Of a stretch of 64,000 bases of DNA, positions 1 through 9,159 are shown piece after piece. Numbering within the stretch: the stretch's first letter is position 1; every line of letters begins with the position of its first letter. Origin of the DNA: Bryobacterales bacterium (lineage in GTDB: Bacteria; Acidobacteriota; Terriglobia; Bryobacterales; UBA6623); assembly GCA_965226245.1 (NCBI GenBank), contig CBDDCL010000015.1, positions 2,038,515 to 2,102,514 on the forward strand. The letters are read 5' to 3'. The position numbers were made by a program, and so were the translations under genes. The notes under the pieces are model-generated. The model was not told the origin of the DNA and did no database searches. It saw nothing but the letters and a program-made list of their open reading frames with translations.

Positions 1-68
1 CTGCGCGTTCGCAAGTTTCGGTAAGGCGCCAGCAACCGTCTTTCACCAAGAGCGTGGCCGCGAAAGGA

Positions 69-869
69 CTACGCCGTTTGTCGCTGCCGCAATCCATGGA
101 AAAGACAGTACGTAGCGACGGCCGCAATGAGGTGTTTTAACGTGTGGCCGCTCCAAAATCCGGTAAGAACATAGATTTGGACGTCGCACAACTCGCACAT
201 CTTGGCCACGGCATACAGAGCCCACATAAGGACAAATTGGCGAGCCTGCCCGTGACGAGGTGGAAACATGCAAACGATGAACGGGACGACGATCACCGGA
301 TAGAATTGAACAAGCAAGTACAAACGGACGTCTCCTTCGCCCGCCAGCTCGGTCCAGTGCCAGTGCAAAACGCTGTAGAGTCCCAGCAGGACCATCGGCG
401 CTAAGATAAGCTTCCCGGCGCGGTCGCTGACAAACTCGATGACGACAATTGCAAAGAACGATGTCAGCAGAAGGCTAAAGACAAGGCGGTCCCACACCAG
501 CGTGCCGTTATTCGGGTTGGCATGATAATAGGCCGAGCCGAAGCAGGTGAGGAACTCTCCGAAGAAAAACACAAAGTACGCCATGGGCGCCCCAAAATCG
601 GCGAAGGCTTTCGAAGGGACTTTCTGCCTTAACAGCCACCAGCAGCCCAGGGCGCCGATCACCGCGAATGGCGCGTTCGACACCACATTCCACATGTGCG
701 GAACGTCCAGCATGCGCCTCTGGTCGGCAAAGTCGTGGTACTCCAGAGGCTGCGAAAAGGGCGGAGTCAGGAAACCCAGCACGAGAATCGTCAGCGTCAA
801 CCCGAACAGCCCGATCAGACGCCGTCGCCTTTGTTCAGGGGTCAACTCAATCGTCATGGCAGAGTTCAT
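69..869 (-). CDS. ceramidase-like (alkaline ceramidase family) integral membrane protein
   Basis: 266-aa ORF with multiple hydrophobic helices. The N-terminal YHDFADQR...NVVSNAPF motif resembles bacterial ceramidase-domain proteins. ATGA stop/start overlap with the upstream gene at 866-869. Confidence 0.5.
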   Translation of the reverse strand: MNSAMTIELTPEQRRRRLIGLFGLTLTILVLGFLTPPFSQPLEYHDFADQRRMLDVPHMWNVVSNAPFAVIGALGCWWLLRQKVPSKAFADFGAPMAYFVFFFGEFLTCFGSAYYHANPNNGTLVWDRLVFSLLLTSFFAIVVIEFVSDRAGKLILAPMVLLGLYSVLHWHWTELAGEGDVRLYLLVQFYPVIVVPFIVCMFPPRHGQARQFVLMWALYAVAKMCELCDVQIYVLTGFWSGHTLKHLIAAVATYCLFHGLRQRQTA

Positions 870-2920
870 CGGCCCCTCTCGCGCGCCATCTCGCGAAGGC
901 GCCGGAGGTCAATCTTGCCCGTGCCAAGAGCAGGGATTGTGTCAATCAGGTAGAGATTCTCTCGCTTAGGAATGAAGAGCTTCGGCAGCTCGGACTGCGA
1001 CAGTCGATTCCAGAGCTCTTCCGGTGCAACTTCCCGATCGGTATAAAACACGACCAGACGCTCACCCCTGCGCTCATCCGGAAGAGCCGTCACGGCGCAG
1101 GGTTTTCCCGCAAGTAATTGCGTCACGACTTCCTCGATTTTGATGTGCGGAACCATTTCGCCGCCGATCTTGCTGAACCGCGACAAGCGGCCGGTGATGC
1201 GGATGAAGCCGTCATCGTCCAGCAGCGCAACGTCGCCAGTCACGTACCACCCGTCTCTCAGGACCTCCTTTGTTTTCTCAGGCTGCCCCAGGTACCCCAT
1301 CATGCGGTTGGGGCCTTTGACCAGAAGCATTCCTTCCTGATTGGGGGGCAGCACCTCGCCCGTATCTAAATTCAAAACCTTGACGGCCACGCCGGGAACC
1401 GGATGGCCGACCGTCCCCGCCTTGGACCCGGTTTGGCGCAGCCGTCCCCAGGCGACATCTGGAACGTTCACCGAAACCACCGGCGCCATCTCGGTCGTCC
1501 CATAGCCCTCCAGCAGCCTGAGATTGAACTTCTTTTCAAACGCTCTAGCCAGCGGCTCCTGCAACTTTTCGGCGCCCGCCAGTGGGAAGCGGAGAGAAGA
1601 GAACTGCTCGGGCGAACACTGCCGCAAATAGGCCGAGTAAAACGCAGGTGTCGAGATCAAGATCGTCGCCTTATACCTGGCTACCAACTCGCCGATCGTC
1701 TTCGCGTCCAAGGGATTGGCATGGTAAACGGCGCCGAAGCCCGACACGATTGGGAACCAGAGCGAGACCGTGTATCCGAAGGAGTGGAAGAAGGGCAACA
1801 CTCCCATCATGCGATCATTTTCGGTGACCCAAAATATCTGGGCGATGCTCTCGATGTTGGAAAGGACATTGTGGTGGGAGAGCATCACGCCTTTGGGCGC
1901 GCCTGTGCTTCCGCTGGAAAAAATCACAGTCGCAAGGGAGCTCGGATCACGCTGTTCCCAGCTGTAGATCATCCGAAGCAACGCTGCAGGCAGCAGGAAG
2001 GCCGCGATCGCGGTGCGGGCTTTCTGGAATGGGGTAATCCGCTTCATCACTCGTTCGACAAAGACCATCCCTTCCATGCGGGGCACTCGCGCCTTCTTTA
2101 GGAACCTCAGCGAAGTGAAGATGGTCTTGATGCCACACTGTTGTACTGCTGAGCGCATGGTTTCCTCTCCAACCGTAAAGTTGAGGTTCACCGGAACTTT
2201 TCCGGCTAGCATGACAGCAATGTTGGCGAGGGCGCCGCCCAGCGAGGAGGGAAACAACAGCCCCACCATGGATTCGTGCAGGCACTGTTTTCGAATCAGG
2301 CGCGAGAGCGCCAAGGTGCCGGCCAGCGCTTGTCCGTAAGTGAGTTCCGTGCCACTCGAGTCGGCCATGCAGAAGGAAAACCAGCGGCGCTTGGCCGTCC
2401 TAAGGAACCGCAGATGTAACAAATCTCCCGCATGCCGGCGGTATTCCACCGCGGTAGTCCCGAGCTCCATAACCGCCCTGCGCACTTCGTGCGCCTTGGC
2501 GGCCGAGGGCATGGGCTTCCCAAACGACACCGTCACTGGATACGGAACCCGCCTGGGCCATTTCCAGAGCCACCGGCCGTCTTTGAAGCTGAAGATGCTG
2601 CCCCAAATCCCATCCAGGTGAACGGGAATAACCGGCACGTCCAGTCCATTGATGATCCGTTCAAAACCGCGCTTGAAGGGAAGCAGATGCCCAGTGCGGC
2701 TAACCGCGCCTTCGGCAAAGATGCAAACCACGTGCCCTTGGCGAAGCTCTTTCCGGGCGCGCTCCAATGACTCCGCCACCTTGGCTCGGTCCCCTCCCTG
2801 AACCGGAATCGCGTTCATCAATCGAAAGATCCAATGAAACGCCTTCATCTCGTAGTAAGGCCGGTAGACCATGAAACGGATAAAGCGCTGGACACAAGCT
2901 CCCACCAACAAACCGTCCAC
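866..2920 (-). CDS. C-terminal fragment of an interrupted MFS-acyltransferase-AAS fusion: PlsC-type acyltransferase (from the D of HX4D onward, FAEG block) plus AMP-binding acyl-ACP/CoA synthetase
   Basis: The ORF starts at GTG inside the HX4D motif (VDGLLVG). It carries the AMP-binding signature SSGSTGAPKG and GYGTTE. In-frame native codons continue up to 2935, where the mobile element begins. Confidence 0.85.
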   Translation of the reverse strand: MDGLLVGACVQRFIRFMVYRPYYEMKAFHWIFRLMNAIPVQGGDRAKVAESLERARKELRQGHVVCIFAEGAVSRTGHLLPFKRGFERIINGLDVPVIPVHLDGIWGSIFSFKDGRWLWKWPRRVPYPVTVSFGKPMPSAAKAHEVRRAVMELGTTAVEYRRHAGDLLHLRFLRTAKRRWFSFCMADSSGTELTYGQALAGTLALSRLIRKQCLHESMVGLLFPSSLGGALANIAVMLAGKVPVNLNFTVGEETMRSAVQQCGIKTIFTSLRFLKKARVPRMEGMVFVERVMKRITPFQKARTAIAAFLLPAALLRMIYSWEQRDPSSLATVIFSSGSTGAPKGVMLSHHNVLSNIESIAQIFWVTENDRMMGVLPFFHSFGYTVSLWFPIVSGFGAVYHANPLDAKTIGELVARYKATILISTPAFYSAYLRQCSPEQFSSLRFPLAGAEKLQEPLARAFEKKFNLRLLEGYGTTEMAPVVSVNVPDVAWGRLRQTGSKAGTVGHPVPGVAVKVLNLDTGEVLPPNQEGMLLVKGPNRMMGYLGQPEKTKEVLRDGWYVTGDVALLDDDGFIRITGRLSRFSKIGGEMVPHIKIEEVVTQLLAGKPCAVTALPDERRGERLVVFYTDREVAPEELWNRLSQSELPKLFIPKRENLYLIDTIPALGTGKIDLRRLREMARERGR

Positions 2921-2935
2921 CGAAGAAAGATGGTT

Positions 2936-3467
2936 CCTGAATTATGCATTGCGGGGTGCACCTGAGGAGGGCTGAGCCGCAAGGGACCATTGGGGAACGC
3001 CCGAAAACATGGGGTAAAAAGGTAGGCTGGCAAAGATTCCAGCTTCACCAGCCAACCCAAAGGAGGTCACCCAAATGGTTACCAAGCGAAAACAGCATAG
3101 CTCCCAAAGGGCCGTCAAACAAGGCCCAGCCGTGACGGTCTCGCAGCCCAATAAAATCGGGGCATCCACGCCTTGACAACTTCCGCGGCAGGAAGCCGAC
3201 TCCCTACGGCGGCTTGCCGCCGGTAGTCGAGAGGGCGTTGATCTGAGAGCCTGGCTATGCGCTATGCATAAAATTTTATGCACTGGCCGCAACGTACTGG
3301 AAACACGCCACTTCGGAGCGGGGTTTTGCCGACGCGGATTCTGGGCGGGAGGGGAAACCGGGGACGGAGAAGCCAAAAGACCAGTTGCCGAGCTCCCACC
3401 TTACGACGGCCGTCAAGCCGCTACGAACGCAGCCGCACTCGCAAAGCGAATCTGTGCATAATTCAGG
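2936..3467 (+). mobile_element. 532-bp non-autonomous TIR element (MITE-like), copy 1
   Basis: Termini CCTGAATTATGCA / TGCATAATTCAGG form a 13-bp TIR. Perfect 5-bp direct repeats TGGTT lie at 2931-2935 and 3468-3472. Removing the element plus one repeat restores an in-frame NHLSSVD motif. A ~90% identical inverted copy lies at 5992-6521. Confidence 0.85.
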
Positions 3468-4801
3468 TGGTTGCAGACCAGCAACGCCGGGCCGCGAAAC
3501 GGTACGTGCTCCTGCCCGACGATGCGAACCTTGTAGACCGTATGTGTGAACAGCCATAGGACGAATCGAATCAGGAAGTCGGGCAAGACCTTGAGCACGT
3601 ACACCGTCGACAGTAGGGTGAAGATTCCGCAGATCAGGATGATCCGGTCCGGCGGCGTGTCGAGCACGTCTCGAAGAACCCAGCTCACCAGTGAGGCCAA
3701 CAAGATCGCCCCGTTGGTCAGGAAACTCTTGGCCGCCAGTATCCGGCCCCTCTCTTGGCGGCCGCTACGCTGTTGCAGGAAGGCTTCCAGGGGCACGATA
3801 AAGAACCCGGCCGAGAATCCCAGCAAGGCCATCGCTCCCGCCGCAAGGTTGTAGGACTGGCCCGAGAAGGCTAGCAAGAGCGCAAATCCGCCCATGCCGA
3901 CCGCGCCTAGTGGTACCAGACCGAGTTCCACCTTGTCGCCCGACAGCCGCCCGCCGATCACACTGCCCATCCCGATTCCAACAGCGAGAAACGTTAGCAG
4001 GATGCTAATTCCCAGTTCATCCACCGCCAAGAGCTCTGTGCCAAAAAGAAGAATTGCGATTTGGAGGACCCCCCCTAGAAACCAGAAGTAGGATATGCCC
4101 ATTACCGTCAGCCATAGCCGCTTGTCGCCGTAAAGACGCCGCACGCCCTGGATGACTTCGGCCCAGGGGTTGAGTTGAAAGGGTTTCTGTGAGCCTGAAG
4201 GCGGGACCCGGGATATGCCCAGGCTGGCGATAAGACCGGCAACGGCGATGGCAATCAGAATCAGACCAATCACCCACAGAATCTGATTCCAAGCGGAGAA
4301 CATCAGTCCGCCGACCGAAGTTCCTAGAATGATGCCCAGAAAAGTCGTCATACTCACCAGGCCATTGCCCCGAGAGAGGTCTCTGTCGGGCAGCATTTCG
4401 GGCAAGATGCCGTACTTAGCAGGGCTGAAAAACGTGGACTGCAGCGCCATCAAGAACAGCACCCCCAGCATCGCTTCCACTCGTTGTGAAAAGAAGGCAA
4501 GCAAGGCCAGGCTCATCGCCACAATCTCGAAAGCTGCCGTGCAGATTAGGACCTTTCGCTTGCTAAAAACATCGGCTATATGGCCGGCGTAGCCCGAAAA
4601 CAGGAAGAAAGGCAGGATGAATACCGCCTGTCCCAGAGAAAGGTACTTGCTAGCCCCCGCCGCGCTAAGGGCGACACTGACGGCGAACAGCGAAACAATC
4701 ATCTTGTAGAGATTGTCATTCAGCGCCCCGAGGAACTGGGCCCACAGGAAAAACCGAAAACCGCCGGATTTCAAGAGATCCTTGTATTTCCCAACGCTCA
4801 C
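3413..4801 (-). CDS. N-terminal fragment of the interrupted fusion: MFS lysophospholipid transporter (LplT-like) plus the first residues of the acyltransferase domain
   Basis: About 12 predicted TM helices typical of MFS, ending ...GPALLVCNH. The native sequence ends at 3468. The last ~17 codons (LNYAQIRF...) are read out of the inserted element. Confidence 0.8.
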   Translation of the reverse strand: MSVGKYKDLLKSGGFRFFLWAQFLGALNDNLYKMIVSLFAVSVALSAAGASKYLSLGQAVFILPFFLFSGYAGHIADVFSKRKVLICTAAFEIVAMSLALLAFFSQRVEAMLGVLFLMALQSTFFSPAKYGILPEMLPDRDLSRGNGLVSMTTFLGIILGTSVGGLMFSAWNQILWVIGLILIAIAVAGLIASLGISRVPPSGSQKPFQLNPWAEVIQGVRRLYGDKRLWLTVMGISYFWFLGGVLQIAILLFGTELLAVDELGISILLTFLAVGIGMGSVIGGRLSGDKVELGLVPLGAVGMGGFALLLAFSGQSYNLAAGAMALLGFSAGFFIVPLEAFLQQRSGRQERGRILAAKSFLTNGAILLASLVSWVLRDVLDTPPDRIILICGIFTLLSTVYVLKVLPDFLIRFVLWLFTHTVYKVRIVGQEHVPFRGPALLVCNHLNYAQIRFASAAAFVAA

Positions 4802-5065
4802 CGAATCCTCCTATTCCCTCGGTTGGCTCCTGTCAGTTGCTATTGGGTGCTACGGAAGGGGCTGGCTTGTGGCATGGAGAGCAGCAGTACAGCCGGCCAA
4901 TAGAAACCTCAGTTCCATTCAACTAGTTATCCGATCCCCTCGCCGGGCAAAGCCAGGGCTGGGGAGGTGTCCATTCAATGGAATCTCGCACGATCAAAAC
5001 TCGCCCGAGAGCCCGGCGCTGCCTTTGCCCTTCAGCGGCATTGAAAACCGCAACGCGCGGCTCAG

Positions 5066-5991
5066 TTAGCCATTCAGCTCCGCCAGCATCCGCCGGACCG
5101 AAGATTCCAGCGACATCGTAACCTCCTGAAGCGCCCCTCGCTTGTCGGCCCGATATCGAGGGAGGTGAGCCGCGACGTTTAGCGGCTCCCCGATTTTCAC
5201 GATTGCCTTCCGTGGGCCCCAGCTGGGTCTTCGCTCGAACACTTCCCACTCCAGCATCCCCAGCAAGTCCAAAAACCTTTCGGCGGTCGGTGACTCTCGA
5301 ACGTAACCGTCATGCACCACGATGAAGCGCAGCACTTGCCGAAGATCCTCATAGAGCCCCTGCGCCTGCTTCTGGCGCCGTTCATTTAATTGCTGTTCAT
5401 AATCAGAACTCCCGATGTCGCTGAAGACGATCCGATCGACCATGTTGAACAGGAAACGGATGCGGTCGAGCAGGGGCTGCCCGCGGCGCGGGGAGACGCC
5501 AAGCTCCGTTTCGATCCGGGAGACAATCAACTCCTTCATGAACTGGACCCGCTGGTTCAAGTCCGCGTCCTTGCCTGGAAGGACGTTGTATTTCTTCTCG
5601 ATAGCGCTGAGTACAGCTTCACCGACCCGGCGAAGGCGGTCGTAGAGACTGAGCGGCCGCGGATTCGGGCCGACCAGTTTGTGTTCGAGCTTTTGTAGGG
5701 AACGGTCAATTGTGGGATCCATGTCCCGAAGGTATACGAACTTGATTGCCATCGGCACAAAGTAGAGCGGCAGCGCCTCACCTCGCTTGGTCAAATCCTC
5801 GCACGCCCAAAATGCAAACTGCGCTACTCCTTGCTGGAAAGGCATCAGGGTGTCGTTCTGCCCGCAGACCTCGCCTTCAGGGAAGATGACCAGCCACCGC
5901 TTGCCTTCCACAAGAATCTTGTGGGTCATGCGGAAAGACTTTCTATCCGCGGTGCCCCGCACAATCGAATAGGCTCCCAGCCGCTGTATCA
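5066..5991 (-). pseudogene. C-terminal fragment of a GPAT/PlsB-like glycerolipid acyltransferase
   Basis: The native frame starts ...IQRLGAYSIVRG (block II-like) and contains IFPEGE (block III). The N-terminal 47 codons of ORF 5066..6133 come from the inserted element. Confidence 0.75.
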
Positions 5992-6521
5992 CCTGAATTA
6001 TGCACAGATTCACTTTGCGAGTGTGGCTGCGTTCGTAGCGGGTTGGCGGTCGTCGTGAGGTGGTAGCTCGGCAACTGGCCTTTTGGCTTCTCCGTCCCCG
6101 GGTTCCTTTCCCGCCCAGAATCCGCGTCGTCAAAACCTCGCTCGGAAGTGACGTGTTTCCAGTGCGTTACGGCTAGTGCATAAAATTTTATGCATAGCGC
6201 ATAGCCAGCCTCTCAGATCAGCGCCCTCCCGACCACCGGCAGCAAGCCGCCGTAGGGAGTCGGCTTCCTGCCGCGGAAGTGGTAAGGCGTCGAAGCCCCG
6301 ATTTTATTGGGCCGCGAGGCCGTCACGGCTGGGCCTTGTTGGACGGGCCTTTGGGAGCTATGCTGTTTTCGTCTGGTAACCATGTGGGTGACCTCCTTGG
6401 GGTTGGCTGGCGAAGCTGGGATCTTTGCCAGCCTACCTTTTTACCCCATGTTTTCGGGGGTCCCAAATGGTCTCTTGCGGCTCAGCCCTCCTCAGGTCCA
6501 CGCCGCAGTGCATAATTTAGG
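5992..6521 (-). mobile_element. 530-bp non-autonomous TIR element (MITE-like), copy 2, inverted relative to copy 1
   Basis: Same termini as copy 1 (CCTGAATTATGCA / TGCATAATTTAGG). Perfect 5-bp direct repeats TATCA lie at 5987-5991 and 6522-6526. Excision restores ...ALGLLIQRLGAY... Confidence 0.85.
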
Positions 6522-6968
6522 TATCAACAAACCTAGGGCGGGCCGTCGCTCAAAAGCCTCCTTGGCCGCAACATAGTTGAACTCCTGGCTCAGCAGCTTG
6601 GAAAGGTGAAAGAGGATGTAGGGCTCTACCAACGCGCCGTGGCTAGGCGTCAGGACCACCCGAAGTCTCTTAAGATCCCTCAGACGCCGCAGGTCCGCTT
6701 CGGTCACTTCCACTTTCACGATCTTGAAAGCTAAGCGCAGCGCAAGCGGCAGCACTACCTTTGCAAGCCCGCTAAGGAGCCGGTTGTTCTTAGGGGGGCG
6801 GAAGGTGAAGGGCTTCTGCCTGGACCCTGTGTAACTGACAGCCACGCTTACGGGGCCCAGCAGAACCGCCATGCTATGCAGTACGGCCTGTTGAACGTCG
6901 AAAAAGTGAGCCCAGGGAAACCATCGAACGCCCAAAAGAAGAAGTTCGCTGGACTGCTCGATGACCAT
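6522..6968 (-). pseudogene. N-terminal fragment of the same GPAT/PlsB-like acyltransferase
   Basis: Contains an HX4-acidic block (TPSHGALVEP) and NYVAAKEAF...PALGLLI. ORF 6492..6968 reads on into the element. Confidence 0.7.
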
Positions 6969-7204
6969 GGGAGAATCCTCTCTCCCCCCATTTGGGGGCC
7001 TTCTTGTCGTTTCTAGGCGTTTGTCGAAAACCCGTAGCTGTCGAGGTCTCTTTATCTATACCCTCAACAGTGCTGGATACATGCGCTTCTGGGTCATGGC
7101 AGTCAGCCGACAGACAACGCGACAGTGCAATGCTCAAGAGCCTGGCGTCCTCCACCTATGACATCCATCCCGCCTTCTCCCGCTTGGGGAGGATTTCGCT
7201 GCCA

Positions 7205-8131
7205 TTACTCGTTGAAAGCGCCAGGCCGGTCGGCGGAGGCAATGAGCTCGCTGAGGCTGGCAAAGCGGGCCCCGCCCGTCTCAGGAACCGCGTCGAGGAA
7301 GGCAACGAAACCAAGTTCGGGGCTTTCTCCTTCGTGCTCCGCGGCGAATTTGCGTATGATCTCGATGGCCGGCAAGGTGTCGCGCCCCATGACCTTCACC
7401 AGGGGAAAGTGGAGCAGACCCTCGTAGGATCGGTAGATCACCTCCGTGCAGACCAGCTTGTCGGAACTGAAGAAATCGAACTCGAAGTCGTAGGGCTTTC
7501 CCTCGTGACTGAACGCGCGTACGATCGCTTCCGCAATCCGTTGCTGGGGCAAACGAGGACGCAGTACAGCCACGTAGTCCGCCTGCATCGAGTGTTCGAG
7601 GCTGTTGAAGATGACCCCCTCGCTTACGGCCTCGATGACTGTCTTCGGCCAGCCGTGGGCATCCGTCTGGCGCCATTCCGACAGCCGCGCGCGGACCGCG
7701 GACTCGTCGAGAATCCCCAGGCGAGCCAAGTCCGCCTCTCGCCCGATGTATAAGGCCGCGTGCGGCCAGAAGCCGGGCAGGAAGGCGTTGGACAGATACC
7801 AGTTTCGACGCTCCAGCAGAATATCCCCAGGTTCGAGCAGCTCTTCCATCTCTTCGATCTGGGTGACGCTGATGAACGGCGGCCGATTGACGATTTTGGC
7901 GTCACCAATCCACTCGGACACGAGAGACTGCACGGCAAATACGGGCTTGTAGGCGTCGCTCCTCACACGCTCGCGGAGCCGGGCGAGACTGCTCCTGTCC
8001 TGGCTGGCCTGATGACTGCGCACGTACCCGGCCGCCTCGACGATACGGCCCTCGAGCCAATCGAAGTCCTCCTTGGGCCAGACTTCGGCGCTGCGCCACT
8101 CCGGGCCCTTCTCTTCGAAGTAATGAGCGAG
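7205..8131 (-). pseudogene. C-terminal fragment of a membrane-anchored YiiX-like permuted papain-fold (NlpC/P60-type) protein
   Basis: Shows the PGDILLER...WPHAALYIG and KLVCTEVIY motifs. The frame is continuous with 9160..10340 once the IS and one TSD copy are removed (..KCEELAHYFEEKGPEW..). Confidence 0.6.
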
Positions 8132-9158
8132 ATGGGGTATTTAGTTGACTCCAGTAGCCACTACATCTTGGGGGTGGGGGTGCCGGCCCTGGTGGCCTCG
8201 ACCATTGTCTTATAGGGAGCAGGGTCGGCGGCGACCGCCTGCTGGAGGAGGCGATAGAAAAGTTTGCCGCGCGACCGTGAGGTCCGCCGGTTGAAGCGGA
8301 ACGTGAACTCGTCCAGGTAGTAGTCCAAATACTCGTGACTGACAGCCCCCTGGTGGGTCCCCAACAGCCAGCGCTTTAGCAGAGAGGCGACACGATGGAC
8401 TCTCGGCAGCAGCTTACTCGCCGATTGCCGCTTCCCGCGCAGCACGGTGACTTCATGGCGGTATCCTTTGTTCTCCAATCCCGCATAGCCTTCCCAGCCG
8501 TCGGTGTGCACGAGGCTGCCAGGTTGGATAGCTTCTTCGACAAAGGCTTCCAAGCTCGCCGCTGAGGCATCCGCGATCCGACGGAGCCGGATGCGACCCA
8601 TACCGCGCCCATCCTCCTCGGCAGCAACCGCAACTAACGCTTTGCCAACCATTTCGCGACCTCGGACGCCCTCTTCGACTCCGCCCACATACGTTTCGTC
8701 CACCTCCACCCGGCCGACCAGCCGATTGCGACCGGGGCGCACCATGGCGCGGCGGAACTTGTGCAGCCAGGTCCAGGCGGTTACATAGCTACCCAAACCC
8801 AAGACCCGCTGCAACTCCAGCGCGCTGGCCCCGCCTTTTTGCGTTGTCACCCACCAAGCCGCCCGGAACCACAACGTCAAGGGCTTGCGGGTGTCCTGGA
8901 AAATCGTGCCCGCCGTCACCGAGGCCTGGTAACCGCAGTCGGCGCAGAGCAGCAGATTGCGTTTGCTGGCCCATGAGGACTGGATCCCACAGCGCGGGCA
9001 CACGAACCCCTCCGGCCAGCGCAGCTTCAGCAGGTACTCCCGGCACGCCTCCTCGGTCGAGAATCGAGCTTCCAACTCGACGAGGTTTCGGGGGTAGTCC
9101 TCCTTCATGCCCCCAACCACAACATATTGTGGCTACTGGAGTCAACTAAATACCCCAT
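8132..9158 (-). mobile_element. IS1595-family insertion sequence, full copy 1 (1027 bp)
   Basis: 30-bp TIR ATGGGGTATTTAGTTGACTCCAGTAGCCAC at both ends. Flanking TGAGCGAG lies at 8124-8131 and 9160-9167, with one extra T at 9159. Contains a single transposase ORF. Confidence 0.9.
8161..9120 (-). CDS. IS1595-family (ISXO2-like) DDE transposase with N-terminal zinc ribbon
   Basis: 319 aa. Has FVCPRCG...CADCGYQ zinc ribbon and a DETYVGG catalytic block. Identical to 51748..52707. Confidence 0.9.
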   Translation of the reverse strand: MVGGMKEDYPRNLVELEARFSTEEACREYLLKLRWPEGFVCPRCGIQSSWASKRNLLLCADCGYQASVTAGTIFQDTRKPLTLWFRAAWWVTTQKGGASALELQRVLGLGSYVTAWTWLHKFRRAMVRPGRNRLVGRVEVDETYVGGVEEGVRGREMVGKALVAVAAEEDGRGMGRIRLRRIADASAASLEAFVEEAIQPGSLVHTDGWEGYAGLENKGYRHEVTVLRGKRQSASKLLPRVHRVASLLKRWLLGTHQGAVSHEYLDYYLDEFTFRFNRRTSRSRGKLFYRLLQQAVAADPAPYKTMVEATRAGTPTPKM

Positions 9159-9159
9159 T

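Noticed and set aside
2951-3010. TPP-riboswitch-like GGGGTGC...GGCTGAG string in element copy 1
   Set aside because: The rest of the THI-box (ACCC..ACCTGATCTGGATAATGCCAGCG) is missing. The GGGGTGC part is changed to GGCGTGG in copy 2.
3075-3176. 33-codon ORF inside the element with a strong AAAGGAGG Shine-Dalgarno 7 nt upstream (MVTKRKQHSSQRAVKQGPAVT...)
   Set aside because: In the second copy all five codon differences are non-synonymous and the stop codon is not conserved. There is therefore no sign of purifying selection, and the purine-rich stretch also forms part of predicted hairpins.
2936-3467. Self-splicing (group I/II) intron interrupting the acyltransferase genes
   Set aside because: The two copies have opposite orientations relative to their host genes, both of which are on the minus strand. 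Each copy has terminal inverted repeats and a perfect 5-bp direct duplication of target sequence. No GUGYG...AY ends or domain V-like motif are present. Transposition explains all of these observations.
3468-5991. Inversion or composite transposon formed by the two inverted element copies
   Set aside because: Each copy is flanked by its own matching 5-bp duplication (TGGTT/TGGTT and TATCA/TATCA). Both halves of each host gene remain collinear on the minus strand. No inversion or joint mobilisation is therefore supported.
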